Source: an uncultured bacterium (GTDB lineage Bacteria; CAYJRR01). Taken from it: DNA of 49,402 nucleotides. Both the position numbers and the translations under genes were made by a program. This document shows positions 1 to 9,999 of this stretch, in pieces. The notes beneath the pieces are model-generated. The model was not told the origin of the DNA. It was given only the letters and a program-made list of their open reading frames with translations, and did no database searches. The DNA is taken from assembly GCA_964372275.1 (NCBI GenBank), contig CAYJRR010000015.1, positions 1-49,402 of the forward strand, given 5' to 3'. The number at the start of each line of letters is the position of its first letter. The first letter of the stretch is position 1.

Positions 1-2
1 AG

Positions 3-2240
3 CCGGCCACGGTCGACGAGGTCGTCGTCTCGCCGGACGCGCCGATCGTCCCGACACTCACCACCCTTCAGCTTGCGGCCACGGGCCAGCGGTCCGACGG
101 AACGACGCTCGTGCTCACCTCCTCGGTCGTGTGGAGCTCCTCCAGCCCGGCGGTGGCCACCGTCGGATCGGCGGGGCTGGTAACGGCGATCAGCGCCGGG
201 CCGGCGACGATCACCGCGACCTACGGGGAGATCTCCGGCAGCACGGAGCTGACGGTCACCACGTCGTTCCCCTACTCGGCCTACGGTTACGTCGCCAGCT
301 CCGCCGACAACTCGCTCCACACCTACGTGGTCGACGGCGCGACCGGACGGTGGTTGGCGCGAGGACGCCTGTCGACCGGAACACGGCCACGGGCGGTCGC
401 TGTAGACCCCGAATCGCGCTTCGTCTACACCGCGAACGCCCTCTCGAACGACATCTCAGTCTTCACCGTCGACGCGTCGACCGGGGCGCTCGTCTCGGGA
501 GCGCCGGTGGCGGCCGGAACCTACCCCGCGGCCCTCGCGATCGATCCGACCGGGACCTATCTTTACGCGGCCAATAAGCTTTCGAACAACGTCTCGGTCT
601 ACGCAGTCGAGAAGCTGACCGGGGCGCTCACCCCGGGGACGGCGGTCGCCGCCGGAACGGGCCCGACGGCGATCGCCGTCCACCCCTCCGGAGAGTTCCT
701 CTATGCCACCAACACCGGATCGAACGACCTCTCGATCTTCGATATCGACCGCGCGACCGGCAGCCTCACCGCCCACCCCCGCGTCCCGGCCGGCAGCGGC
801 CCGCAGGGGATCGCCATCGATCGATCGGGCCGCTGGCTCGCCGTCGCAAGTCAGGGTTCGAACGAAGTCCTTCGTTTCACGATCGATACCGCGTCCGGTG
901 ACGTAACGGCGGAACCGTCGGCGGCCACGGGGCCCGGACCGAGCGCCGTCGCCTTCCACCCCAGCGGCGCGTTCCTCTACGTCTCGAACTTCTCCTCCGA
1001 CTCGATTTCGATCTTCGCCGTCGATGCGACCACCGGCAATCTCACGGCCGGCTCGCCGGCCACGGCGGGTGGCGACGGCCCGGTCTCGGTGGCCGTCGAG
1101 GCGAGCGGCGCATTCCTCTACGTCACGAACGAGTCCTCCAGCACGGTGACGCTGCATTCGATCGATCCGGACGACGGAACGTTGTCTCTCGTCGCGGCCT
1201 ACCACCCCTTCAGCGCACCCAGCGGCGTGGGGCTCGCCGGAGGGAGCGCGGCGAAGGTCGTCGGATCGAAGGCTCTCTACTTGCCGAACTCGTCCACCAG
1301 CGGCGTCACCGTCTTCTCCGTCGACCCGGTCAATGGTGGCCTGAGCGCGCTCCCGACGGCCGCCTCCGGAAGTGGGCCGCGCTCCGTGACGCTCGATCTG
1401 ACCGGGCGCAACGCCTACAGCGCGAATGCCGGGCAGGATTCGATCACCCACTTCATCGTCAACGACATCACCGGCGCGCTGACCCTCTCCAACAACGCCG
1501 GGGTCAGCGGGGGCCCAGCGTCGTTCGCGGTCCACCCCTTCCTCCCCGTCGCGTATTCCGCGAACTCGATCGGCAATACGATGACCACCTTTGCCGTGCA
1601 GAGTGATGGCTACGTGGTCGCCGGATCGGCCATCGGCGCCGGCACGGAACCCGAGTTCGTGACGATCCATCCCAACGGGCGATTCGTCTACGCTGCCAAC
1701 GCGGTCGGGAACACGATCTCGGTCTACACCGTTAACCAGACGACGGGAGCCCTGGCGGGGCTGCAGACGGTGTCCACCGGGACGAACCCCTATTGCGTGG
1801 CAATCCACCCGAATGGCAGGTTCGCCTACGCCGCGAACTACGGCTCGAACAGCGTGTCGATCTTCTCGATCAACCCGACGACCGGCAGCTTCACCGCCGT
1901 TGGAAGTCCCGTCTCCACCGGCGGGGGACCTCGATCGGTGGCGCTGGATCCGACGGGACGGTTCGCATATACGGCGAATCTCAGCGTCGACACCGTTTCG
2001 GTCTTCACCGTGAACGAGACCACCGGGGTGCTAACCGCCGGCGCACCTGCCAGCGCCGGAGACGGACCGATCTCGGTGGCGATCGATTGGTCGGGAAAGT
2101 TCGCCTTCGTTGCCAATCTTTACAGCAACAACGTCTCGATCTTCCTCGTCAATGACACTACCGGCGCGCTGACCGGCACCACAACGGTCATCTCCGGCAG
2201 CGGACCCTACCTGGTGGTGCCGCTCGCGGGGACGCTGTAG
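3..2240 (+). CDS. Ig-like (Big_2) domain plus two 7-bladed lactonase/YncE-like beta-propellers; 5' end lies outside the window
   Basis: Frame is open from base 3 (PATVDEVVVSP...LAATGQRSDGTTLVLTSSVVWSSSSPAVATV, a Big_2 pattern), followed by 14 repeats of about 44 aa (PxxVAxDPxGxFxYxAN). Confidence 0.85.
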   Translation, partial: PATVDEVVVSPDAPIVPTLTTLQLAATGQRSDGTTLVLTSSVVWSSSSPAVATVGSAGLVTAISAGPATITATYGEISGSTELTVTTSFPYSAYGYVASSADNSLHTYVVDGATGRWLARGRLSTGTRPRAVAVDPESRFVYTANALSNDISVFTVDASTGALVSGAPVAAGTYPAALAIDPTGTYLYAANKLSNNVSVYAVEKLTGALTPGTAVAAGTGPTAIAVHPSGEFLYATNTGSNDLSIFDIDRATGSLTAHPRVPAGSGPQGIAIDRSGRWLAVASQGSNEVLRFTIDTASGDVTAEPSAATGPGPSAVAFHPSGAFLYVSNFSSDSISIFAVDATTGNLTAGSPATAGGDGPVSVAVEASGAFLYVTNESSSTVTLHSIDPDDGTLSLVAAYHPFSAPSGVGLAGGSAAKVVGSKALYLPNSSTSGVTVFSVDPVNGGLSALPTAASGSGPRSVTLDLTGRNAYSANAGQDSITHFIVNDITGALTLSNNAGVSGGPASFAVHPFLPVAYSANSIGNTMTTFAVQSDGYVVAGSAIGAGTEPEFVTIHPNGRFVYAANAVGNTISVYTVNQTTGALAGLQTVSTGTNPYCVAIHPNGRFAYAANYGSNSVSIFSINPTTGSFTAVGSPVSTGGGPRSVALDPTGRFAYTANLSVDTVSVFTVNETTGVLTAGAPASAGDGPISVAIDWSGKFAFVANLYSNNVSIFLVNDTTGALTGTTTVISGSGPYLVVPLAGTL

Positions 2241-2305
2241 CCCGCGGTGAGATCGGTGGAGGCGCGGCTTCGCCGGTCGTAGAATGGTGGGCGGGGGTCG
2301 AACCG

Positions 2306-4797
2306 ATGCGCCGCCGCGGCGAGGCTCTTGTCTATCCGGTGGTTTCGACCCTGTCGGTCGCGCTGGGTCTCGCCTGCCGGTTCGACACCGACGCGTCGAT
2401 CGACCGCCGGCCGTTCGTTTCGATCACCGTCCTTCCGGCCGAGGCGGATCTCTTCCGGCAGACGACGCGAGCCCTCACGGCGATCGGCGAGCTTGCGGAC
2501 GGGACGACGTTGGTCGTCACCTCGTCGGTCGTCTGGAGCTCGTCCGAACCGGCGATCGTTACCGTCGATTCGGCCGGCCTTGCGACCGCCGTCGCGGCCG
2601 GCAATGCGACGGTCACCGCCCGGCGCGGCGATCTTTCGGGAAGCGCCCAGCTAACCGTTTCCGCGCCGCTGCCCTACTCTGTCTTCGCCTACGTGGCGAA
2701 CTCCGCCGACAACACGCTGTCCTCCTTCCTGCTGGAAGGGGCCAACGGACGCCTGCGCTATCGCGGCTACACGTCGTCCGGCACGACGCCCTACTCGGTC
2801 GCCGTCGACCCGACCGGCACCTACGTATACGCGGCCAACTTCGGCTCCAACGACGTCTCGGCCTACGCGATCGACAAGGCGACCGGGACGCTGACACCGG
2901 TCGGCACCGCCACCGCCGGGACCGGACCGGTGTCGATCGCCGTCGATCCGACCGGAAGCTTCGCCTACGTCGCNNNNNNNNNNNNNNNNNNNNNNNNNNN
3001 NNNNNNNNNNNNNNNNNNNNNNNNNNNNNNNNNNNNNNNNNNNNNNNNNNNNNNNNNNNNNNNNNNNNNNNNNGGACCGGACCGGTGTCGATCGCCGTCG
3101 ATCCGACCGGAAGCTTCGCCTACGTCGCCAACTCGGTCTCGGACACGGTGTCGGTCTACGCGGTCAACGGGACGTCCGGGGCCTTGACCGCAGGGGCCGT
3201 CGCCACCACCGGGAGCGCGCCCAACGCGATCGCGGTCGATCCGAGCGGACGATTCGCCTACGTGGCGAACTCCAGCTCCAACGACGTCTCCGCCTACGCC
3301 ATCGACCGGCTGACCGGTTCGCTCACCGCCGGGGCGCGGGTAGCGGCCGGCACCAATCCGCGCTCGATCGCCGTCGACCCGTCCGGCCGGTTCGTCTACA
3401 CGGCCAACTGGGGCTCCAACAACGTCTCCACCTTCCGCATCGATCCGACGACCGGGGCGCTGACGGCGGGGGCGGCGGCGCCCGCGGGAACCGGGCCGGC
3501 GTTCGTGGCGGTGCATCCCACGGGATCGTTCGCCTACGCCGTGAACCTCACGTCGAAGAACGTGTCGGTCTACACGGTCGACCCGACCACCGGCGCCCTG
3601 ACCGCGGGGACACCGATCGCCGCCTCCCTCGTTCCGGTCTCGATGGCGATCGACGCCTCCGGGAGCTACGCCTACTTCGCCAACTCCGTCTCGAACAGCG
3701 TCACGATCGCGTCGATCGATCCGGCGACCGGCGCGTTGAGCCTTTCCACCACGCTCCTGTCGTTCTCCGGGCCCTACTCGATCGGGCTCGCCTCCGGCGC
3801 GACGATGAAATCGTTCGGGGCCAAGTTCGCTTACGCCGCCAACTCGAACTCCAACAACGTCTCGGTCTACTACGTCGATCCGGTGACCGGGACGCCGACC
3901 GCGGGTGTGGCGGCGAACACGGGCACGACCCCCCGATCGGTGACGATCGATCCCACCGGCCGGTTCGCCTACACGGTGAACCAGGGATCGAACACCGTCT
4001 CCGTCTTCGCGGTCAGCACCAGCACCGGCTCGCTCACCCCCCGGGGCGGCGGCAACTCCACGCAAACGGCACCGTCCTCGATGGCGATCCATCCGACCGG
4101 GAAGTTCGCCTACGTCTCGAACACGGGCTCCAACTCGCTCTCCGTCTATCAGGTGAACCAGACCACCGGCTTCCTCTTCTCGACCGGACCGATCGCCACC
4201 GGCTCGGTGCCCGAGTTCGTCACCGTCGATCCGTCCGGGCGATTCGTCTACACCGCGAACCGCGTCGGAAACAGCGTGTCGGTCTTCACCGTCAACCAGA
4301 CCTCCGGCGCGCTGACGGCCGGAACGGCCGTGGCGGCCGGAACGCAGCCCTACTGCGTCACCGTCCACCCCAACGGAAGGTTCGCCTACGTCGCGAACTA
4401 CAGCACCAACGACGTGTCGATGTACTCCATCGACCAGGGCTCCGGGGCGCTCACGTCGATCGGGACGGTCGCCGCCGGCGCCGGGCCCCGATCGGTCGTC
4501 GTCGATCCGACGGGCCGGTTCGCCTACACCGCGAACATCGGCTCCGACAACGTCTCGGTCTTCACCGTCGACGGCACGACCGGACTGCTCACCGCGGGAA
4601 CGGCGGTCGGAGCGGGCGACGCTCCGATCTCGGTCACCGTCGACCCGACCGGGAACTTCCTCTACGCCGCGAACACGGGCGGTTCGACGGTATCCGCCTA
4701 TCGCATCAACAACGGGACCGGTGCGCTGACCTCGATCACCACGGTACCGGCGGGGTCCGGACCGTACCTGGTCACGACGCTCGGCGGAGCGTTGTAG
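2306..4797 (+). CDS. Lipoprotein with Big_2 domain and two 7-bladed beta-propellers; paralog of the upstream gene, interrupted by an assembly gap
   Basis: Lipobox-like LGLAC, Big_2 motif VVWSSSEPAIVTV; joins the N-half of ORF 2306 and the C-half of ORF 2284; ends GSGPYLVTTLGGAL versus GSGPYLVVPLAGTL in the paralog. Confidence 0.85.
2974..3073. other. Scaffold gap (100 N), probably an unmerged overlap
   Basis: 2919-2973 and 3074-3128 are the same 55 bp. Confidence 0.9.
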
Positions 4798-5072
4798 CCA
4801 GCGCCTCGCGCATCCCGAAGGGCGGACCGCCTCACGTGACGGGCTGGCGCGTACCGTCCAATCGGGGATCGCCGGCGCGGCGCTACGGCCGCGAGACCAC
4901 GGCGGCCGTCGACGCCGGCGCTTGCCGCCTTTCCGGCAAGCCGCTCGGAAGGGGGTCCGTGACCGGTCGTCGCGGAGAGTCCCGCGCGCCGACGGCGCAG
5001 CGCGAATCGCGCGCGCGGCGAAGCGCTCGCCGGCGCGGGTCCCTGCCACCGATCCCTTCGGGACCTCTCCGT

Positions 5073-5087
5073 TGGCACGTCGGTTGG
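5073..5087 (+). promoter_or_regulatory. Possible sigma54 promoter with a variant -12 element
   Basis: TGGCACG-TCGG-TTGG: perfect -24 box, GG instead of GC at -12, just before ATG 5102. Confidence 0.45.
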
Positions 5088-5101
5088 AGCGGGCCGCTCG
5101 C

Positions 5102-5929
5102 ATGCGAAACGTTTCGAAGGCTCCAGGGCGCTCCGGCCGGCTCGTCCGGCTCCGGGCCGCGGCGACGGCGGCGGCAACGGCAACGGTCGCGGCCGCGGTC
5201 GCCGCGTTGCCGGCGGGCTGTGGCGGACCGCCGGCTCCGGAGGCCGCTCTCGGAGCCGGCGACATCGCGACCGGCCGCCGGGGCGATCCGATCGTCGGCG
5301 GAACGGTCGACCACGGTCACGCCGCGGTGGTGCTCGTCTACAACACCGAATACGGCTACCTCTGCACCGGTTCGGTGATCGCCCGGCGGGTGGTGCTGAC
5401 CGCCGGTCACTGCACCGATCCCGATCCGGTCGCCGCCCACTACCGGATCTTCGGCGGCACCCACCCCCTCGACGACCCCGCCTGGTCCCGGTCGGTGGCG
5501 GCGGTGCGCACCAATCCGGCCTACGACCCGTCGACCTTCGGCGTGGGGGACACCGCCGTCCTGCTGTTGCGGTCGAACGCGCCGGTGTCGCCGATTCGAT
5601 GGCTGAAGGCCAAGTCTCCGTCGGTCTACGCGCCTGGACGGCGATTCACCGCGGTCGGCTTCGGCGTCACCGACGCCGCCGCCGGGGACAGCGGGACCAA
5701 GCGCAAGGCCCGTTTCACGATCACCGCGCGTGGGCCGACCACCTTCGCCTACGGGAGCGAGACGAAAAACACCTGCGTCGGCGATTCGGGGGGCCCTGCG
5801 ATCGCGACGGTCGCCGGCGTCGCCATGGTCGTCGGCACGACGAGCTTCGGCGATGCCGGGTGCGAGGAGTTCGGCGTCGACATGAGGACCGACGCGGAGG
5901 CGTGGTTCATCGCGCAGTATGCGCCGTGA
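5102..5929 (+). CDS. Trypsin-like (S1) serine protease, probable lipoprotein
   Basis: IVGG start of the mature domain, LTAGHC, DTAVLLL and GDSGGP triad motifs; Ala-rich leader ending LPAGC; start codon uncertain. Confidence 0.9.
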   Translation: MRNVSKAPGRSGRLVRLRAAATAAATATVAAAVAALPAGCGGPPAPEAALGAGDIATGRRGDPIVGGTVDHGHAAVVLVYNTEYGYLCTGSVIARRVVLTAGHCTDPDPVAAHYRIFGGTHPLDDPAWSRSVAAVRTNPAYDPSTFGVGDTAVLLLRSNAPVSPIRWLKAKSPSVYAPGRRFTAVGFGVTDAAAGDSGTKRKARFTITARGPTTFAYGSETKNTCVGDSGGPAIATVAGVAMVVGTTSFGDAGCEEFGVDMRTDAEAWFIAQYAP

Positions 5930-5966
5930 CGCCCGCCTTCGCCGCGGTACGAGGGAAGCTACCGCC

Positions 5967-6078
5967 GATGAAAATGGAAAATGGAAAATGGACAACCGGT
6001 GAATGCAAAACGGGTCTTAATTGATTCGGTTTTCCATTTGCCGGCTTTCCATTTTCCATCTTGAATTCTCCATTTTCC
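5967..6078. repeat. AT-rich heptamer (AAAATGG)n imperfect inverted repeat between convergent genes
   Basis: AAAATGG x3 on the left arm, repeated TTCCATT/CCATTTT on the right arm; arms are reverse-complementary. Confidence 0.85.
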
Positions 6079-6083
6079 GAGCC

Positions 6084-8744
6084 TCATGGCCGGACGACGG
6101 AGGTAACGGCGCGGCGGGGATCCAGGTACTTCCTCGCGGCGGCAACCGCATCACCGGGGGTCACCGCCAGCACCCGGCCGGGATAGGCCCGGTAGTCGCG
6201 ATAGCCCAGACCGTAACGATCGTTGAAGGCGAAGTTGGCGGCGCGGGAGGCGGCGCGTTGGAGGTCGATCTCGAAACTGCCGACGAGCTGTCGCTGATTG
6301 CGCGCGAGTTCGTCGGCCGGAATCCCCTCGGTACGCAGCCGTTCCAGCTCGGCGTGGATTCCGGCCACCGCCCGGTCGAGCTTGGCCGGCTCGGTCGCCA
6401 TGTAGACGCAGAAGTAGCCCGGGTCGAGCGCCTCCTGCGAGAAGGCGGTGACGCTGTAGGCGAGCCCCTGCTTGTCGCGTAGCTCGAGGAACAGGCGCCC
6501 CCCTTGTCCGGCGAGCGCGGTGGCGATCAGCTCGAGCGCATGTCGGTCGGCGTCGTGGAACGACGCACCCGGGAAGCCGATGGCGATGTGAGCCTGCTCC
6601 TTCTCCTTGCGGAAGACCGTCTCCCGCGGCTCGAGGATCGGCGGCTCCGGCTCGACCGCCGGCCGCGCGAACGGCCGCCCGCCGCCGAAGCCGGCGAGGC
6701 CGGCGGCGAACCGGTCGGCGAGCGCGTCGGGATCGAAGTCCCCCACCGCGGCGATCGACAGGTTCTCCGGCACCGCCAGCCGCTCGTAGAAACGGGTGAG
6801 CTCCGCCGAGTCGACCGTCTCGATCCGCGACGCCTCCCCGAGGATCGACAGGCGATACGGGTGCCGCCGGTACATCGTGCGCGTCAGCGCCCGGAGCGCG
6901 ACCGAAGCGGGGCTGTCTTCCTGCGTCTTGATCGACTCCAGCACCAGCCGCCGCTCCTGGTCGACCTCGCGCTGCTCGAAGGTCGGGCCCTGCAGGATCT
7001 CGCAGAACAGGTCGGTCGCATCGGCGACGTGCTTCGAGAGCGCGTCGAGGCGGATCCCGAAGGAGTTGAAGCCCGAGAATCCCGACAGGCCGCCGGCATA
7101 GCGATCGATCGCGCGCGCGATCTCCGCGTAGGACCGGTCGGCCGTCCCCTTGCAGATCGTGCGGGCGACCAGGTGCGTGTTCCCCGCCGTCGACTCCTCT
7201 TCGAACCGTAGCCCGCCGAGGAAGACGGCGCGCAGCGCGAGGATCGGGATCGACGGATCGCGCCGGAGCAGGAGCGTGGACCCGTCCGGCAGGGTGACGC
7301 GACGTTCGCGTTCGGCCTCGCGCCGGCCGCGCCGCGCGGCGGCGCCGCGGGGACGTCGCTGCGCGGCGCCACGCCCGCCCGCCAGGCCGACGCCGCGCGC
7401 GCGCGTCGCGCCGGATCGCGACGGCCGCGTCGCCTCGCGCCAGGCGCCGTAGGCCGCGGCGCGGAGCGCGCCCAGCGCCGGCGTCTTCCCTTCCGGCCCC
7501 AGCGCCACGAGCGTCAGGCCGTCCGGATGGAGGTAGGTCCGCGCGACCCGGGCAAGGTCGGCCGGCGTCAAGGCGCGGACCGCGGCGAAGTAGCGTGCCT
7601 CCTCGGCGAGCCCGCCACCGACCGTCTCGTAGAAGCCGAGCTTCTTGGCCATCCCCTGCACCGTCTCCCGTTCGTAGACGGCGTCCCCCTCGATCGAGAC
7701 CTTGGCACGCTCGAGCTCCTCCTCGGAGATCGGCTCCCGCAGGACGCGAAACGTCTCGCGCAGCGCCTCGGTCCCTCCTTCGAGCCCGCGGTCGACCGGA
7801 ACGGTCGCGGAGACGAAGAACAGTCCGGTGTCGGCCGGGGAGTAGGCGTAGGACGAGATTGCCGAGACCAGCCGTTTTCCGCGCCGCACCCGCCACGCCA
7901 GCCGGCTCCGGTCCCCCTGCCCGAGGGCCAGCGCGAGGGCGTCGAGCGCCGGGATCGCGGGCGACGCGAGGCCGGGGATGTGGTACGCCGCTTCGACTTT
8001 GATCTCCGAGACGTCGTCGGTGAGCGTCACGCCGGCGGGTGCCGCGGGGCGCGGCTCGCGCGCGCGACGCCGCGCCGGGACCGTGCCGCCGTCGAAGCCG
8101 CGGAAGCTCGCCGCGATCGCCCGTCCCGCCTCGGCCGGGTCGAAATCGCCGGCGACGACCAGGAGCACGTTTCGCGGGACGTACCAGCGGCGGTAGAACG
8201 CCACCACCTCGTCCCGTCCGAAGCCGGAGACGCTCTCGCGCGTGCCGATCACCGGCCGGCCGTAGGGGTGCACGCGGTAGGCCTGCCGGAACAGCGCGTG
8301 GCTCGCGCGGCTCGAAGGCTGGTCTTCGTCGCGGCGGATCTCCTCCAGGATCACCTCCTTCTCCAGCGCGAGCTCCCGCGCGTCGATCGCCGACCGCGTC
8401 ACCGCGTCGGAGAGGACGTCGAGTCCGCGGTCGAAGAAACGGCTGGCCAGCACCAGGTGATAGACGGTGGTGTCGAAGCTGGTGTAGGCGTTGATGTCTC
8501 CGCCGCACCCTTCGATCTCCTGGGCGATCTCGCCGACGCCGCGCCGCCCGGTCCCCTTGAACAGCATGTGCTCCAGCACGTGCGCGAGACCGCGCTCGTG
8601 CGATCGCTCGTCGGCGGAGCCGACGCCGACCCACGCCTGAAAAGCGACCACCGGCGAGCGGTCGTCCGGCGCGAGCACGACACGCATCCCGGACGGCAGG
8701 GTGGTGACGCGGAAGGGGCGGGGAAGCGCGGACGCGCGGACCAT
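6084..8744 (-). CDS. M16 family zinc protease (insulinase/PqqL-like, two fused halves)
   Basis: HVLEH (HxxEH), INAYTSFDTTVY, HPYGRPVIG; the second half lacks the zinc motif. Confidence 0.95.
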   Translation of the reverse strand: MVRASALPRPFRVTTLPSGMRVVLAPDDRSPVVAFQAWVGVGSADERSHERGLAHVLEHMLFKGTGRRGVGEIAQEIEGCGGDINAYTSFDTTVYHLVLASRFFDRGLDVLSDAVTRSAIDARELALEKEVILEEIRRDEDQPSSRASHALFRQAYRVHPYGRPVIGTRESVSGFGRDEVVAFYRRWYVPRNVLLVVAGDFDPAEAGRAIAASFRGFDGGTVPARRRAREPRPAAPAGVTLTDDVSEIKVEAAYHIPGLASPAIPALDALALALGQGDRSRLAWRVRRGKRLVSAISSYAYSPADTGLFFVSATVPVDRGLEGGTEALRETFRVLREPISEEELERAKVSIEGDAVYERETVQGMAKKLGFYETVGGGLAEEARYFAAVRALTPADLARVARTYLHPDGLTLVALGPEGKTPALGALRAAAYGAWREATRPSRSGATRARGVGLAGGRGAAQRRPRGAAARRGRREAERERRVTLPDGSTLLLRRDPSIPILALRAVFLGGLRFEEESTAGNTHLVARTICKGTADRSYAEIARAIDRYAGGLSGFSGFNSFGIRLDALSKHVADATDLFCEILQGPTFEQREVDQERRLVLESIKTQEDSPASVALRALTRTMYRRHPYRLSILGEASRIETVDSAELTRFYERLAVPENLSIAAVGDFDPDALADRFAAGLAGFGGGRPFARPAVEPEPPILEPRETVFRKEKEQAHIAIGFPGASFHDADRHALELIATALAGQGGRLFLELRDKQGLAYSVTAFSQEALDPGYFCVYMATEPAKLDRAVAGIHAELERLRTEGIPADELARNQRQLVGSFEIDLQRAASRAANFAFNDRYGLGYRDYRAYPGRVLAVTPGDAVAAARKYLDPRRAVTSVVRP

Positions 8745-8754
8745 GGGTCGCGCG

Positions 8755-8764
8755 ATGCTACCAT
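8755..8764. promoter_or_regulatory. Overlapping bidirectional -10 boxes for the M16 gene and hemW
   Basis: TAGCAT on - (10 nt before ATG 8744) and TACCAT on + (9 nt before TTG 8774) share a central TA. Confidence 0.55.
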
Positions 8765-8773
8765 CCCCTCGCC

Positions 8774-9967
8774 TTGACGCCCCCCTTCGGTCTCTACGTG
8801 CACGTTCCGTACTGTCGGGAACGCTGCCTCTACTGCGATTTCGCGCTCGTCCCCGTCGAGCGCGCCCCTTCGCGGCCGTTCGTCGATCGATTGGCCGACG
8901 AGATCGTCGCCTTCGCGGAACGGGAGGTGGCCCCCGGGATCGTCGCCGCGCCGCGCTTCCGCGGCCGCCGCGCGGCCAGCGTCTACCTGGGCGGCGGGAC
9001 GCCGAGCCTGCTCGAACCGGCGGAGGTCGACCGGCTCCTCGGAACGCTCGACCGCGTCTTCGGGATCGAGAACGGCGCCGAGGTCACCCTCGAAGCGAAC
9101 CCCGAGGACGCCGATCTCCAGACGCTCCGCGCCTTCCGCGCCGCCGGCGCCAACCGGCTCTCGTTGGGGGTCCAGGCGCTCGACGACCGCTTCCTGCGGG
9201 CGCTCGGACGGAAGCACGACCGCGCGCAAGGCGAGCGCGCGGTCGACCTCGCGCGCGCCGCGGGGTTCGAGCGCGTGTCGATCGACCTGATCTTCGGCGT
9301 CGAAGGGATGACGATCGCCGACTGGGAGGAGACGCTCGAACGGGCGGTCGCGCTCTCCCCCGACCACCTCTCCTGCTACGGGCTGACGGTCGAGCGGGGG
9401 ACGGTCCTGGAGAAGCGCATCGCCACCGGCCGCCTGCGGGTGCCCGACGACGACGTGCAGGCGTCGATGTTCGAACTCGCCGGACGGCGGCTCGCAGCCG
9501 AAGGCCTGCCCCGTTACGAGATCAGCAACTACGCGCCGCCGGGCCGCCGGGCCGTCCACAACTCGCTCTACTGGCGCTACGCCGAATGGATCGGCTTCGG
9601 ACCGTCGGCCCACTCCTTCGCGCGCCTCTTCGAGGAGCCGTCCCCGGACGCCGGCGGCGTTCGCTGGTGGAACGACCGGAGCGTCGACGCGTGGCTCCGC
9701 GGGGGCGGCACGCCGGGCCACGAAGTCGTCCGCGGACGGGCGGCGATGGGAGAGATGGCGTTCACGGCGATGCGAACGGCGGACGGGCTCTCCGAGTCGG
9801 CGTTCGAGGCGGTGTTCGGGATCGCCGTCGACGTGCCGTTCGGCGAGACGTTCGTCGAAGCCGAGCGTCGCGGACTCGTCGAACGCCGGGACGGGCACGT
9901 ACGGTTGACCGAGCGCGGGTTCCCGATCGCCGATTCGGTCTTCGCCGATTTGGTGGAGGCGGCCTGA
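8774..9967 (+). CDS. hemW: Radical SAM heme chaperone HemW
   Basis: LYVHVPYCRERCLYCDF (CxxxCxxC), GGGTPS, YEISNYA, HNSLYW (HNxxYW). Confidence 0.93.
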   Translation: MTPPFGLYVHVPYCRERCLYCDFALVPVERAPSRPFVDRLADEIVAFAEREVAPGIVAAPRFRGRRAASVYLGGGTPSLLEPAEVDRLLGTLDRVFGIENGAEVTLEANPEDADLQTLRAFRAAGANRLSLGVQALDDRFLRALGRKHDRAQGERAVDLARAAGFERVSIDLIFGVEGMTIADWEETLERAVALSPDHLSCYGLTVERGTVLEKRIATGRLRVPDDDVQASMFELAGRRLAAEGLPRYEISNYAPPGRRAVHNSLYWRYAEWIGFGPSAHSFARLFEEPSPDAGGVRWWNDRSVDAWLRGGGTPGHEVVRGRAAMGEMAFTAMRTADGLSESAFEAVFGIAVDVPFGETFVEAERRGLVERRDGHVRLTERGFPIADSVFADLVEAA

Positions 9968-9999
9968 TGGCGCTCGGAGCGAGGGTGGGGGGAGGGACG

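Noticed and set aside
3-4797. Annotation as 6-phosphogluconolactonase (pgl)
   Set aside because: Exported Ig-fused double propellers do not fit the cytoplasmic single-domain enzyme
4920-4965. Hairpin with GGCAAGCC...GGAAG resembling a c-di-GMP-I riboswitch
   Set aside because: The downstream GCAAAG and second-stem elements are missing
5599-6482. ORFs 5599-6024 and 6021-6482 with MENGKW and FSIFHL peptides
   Set aside because: These are translations of the heptamer repeat and overlap the trypsin and M16 genes
8774-9967. Annotation as coproporphyrinogen dehydrogenase HemN
   Set aside because: The HNxxYW motif and short N-terminus indicate HemW
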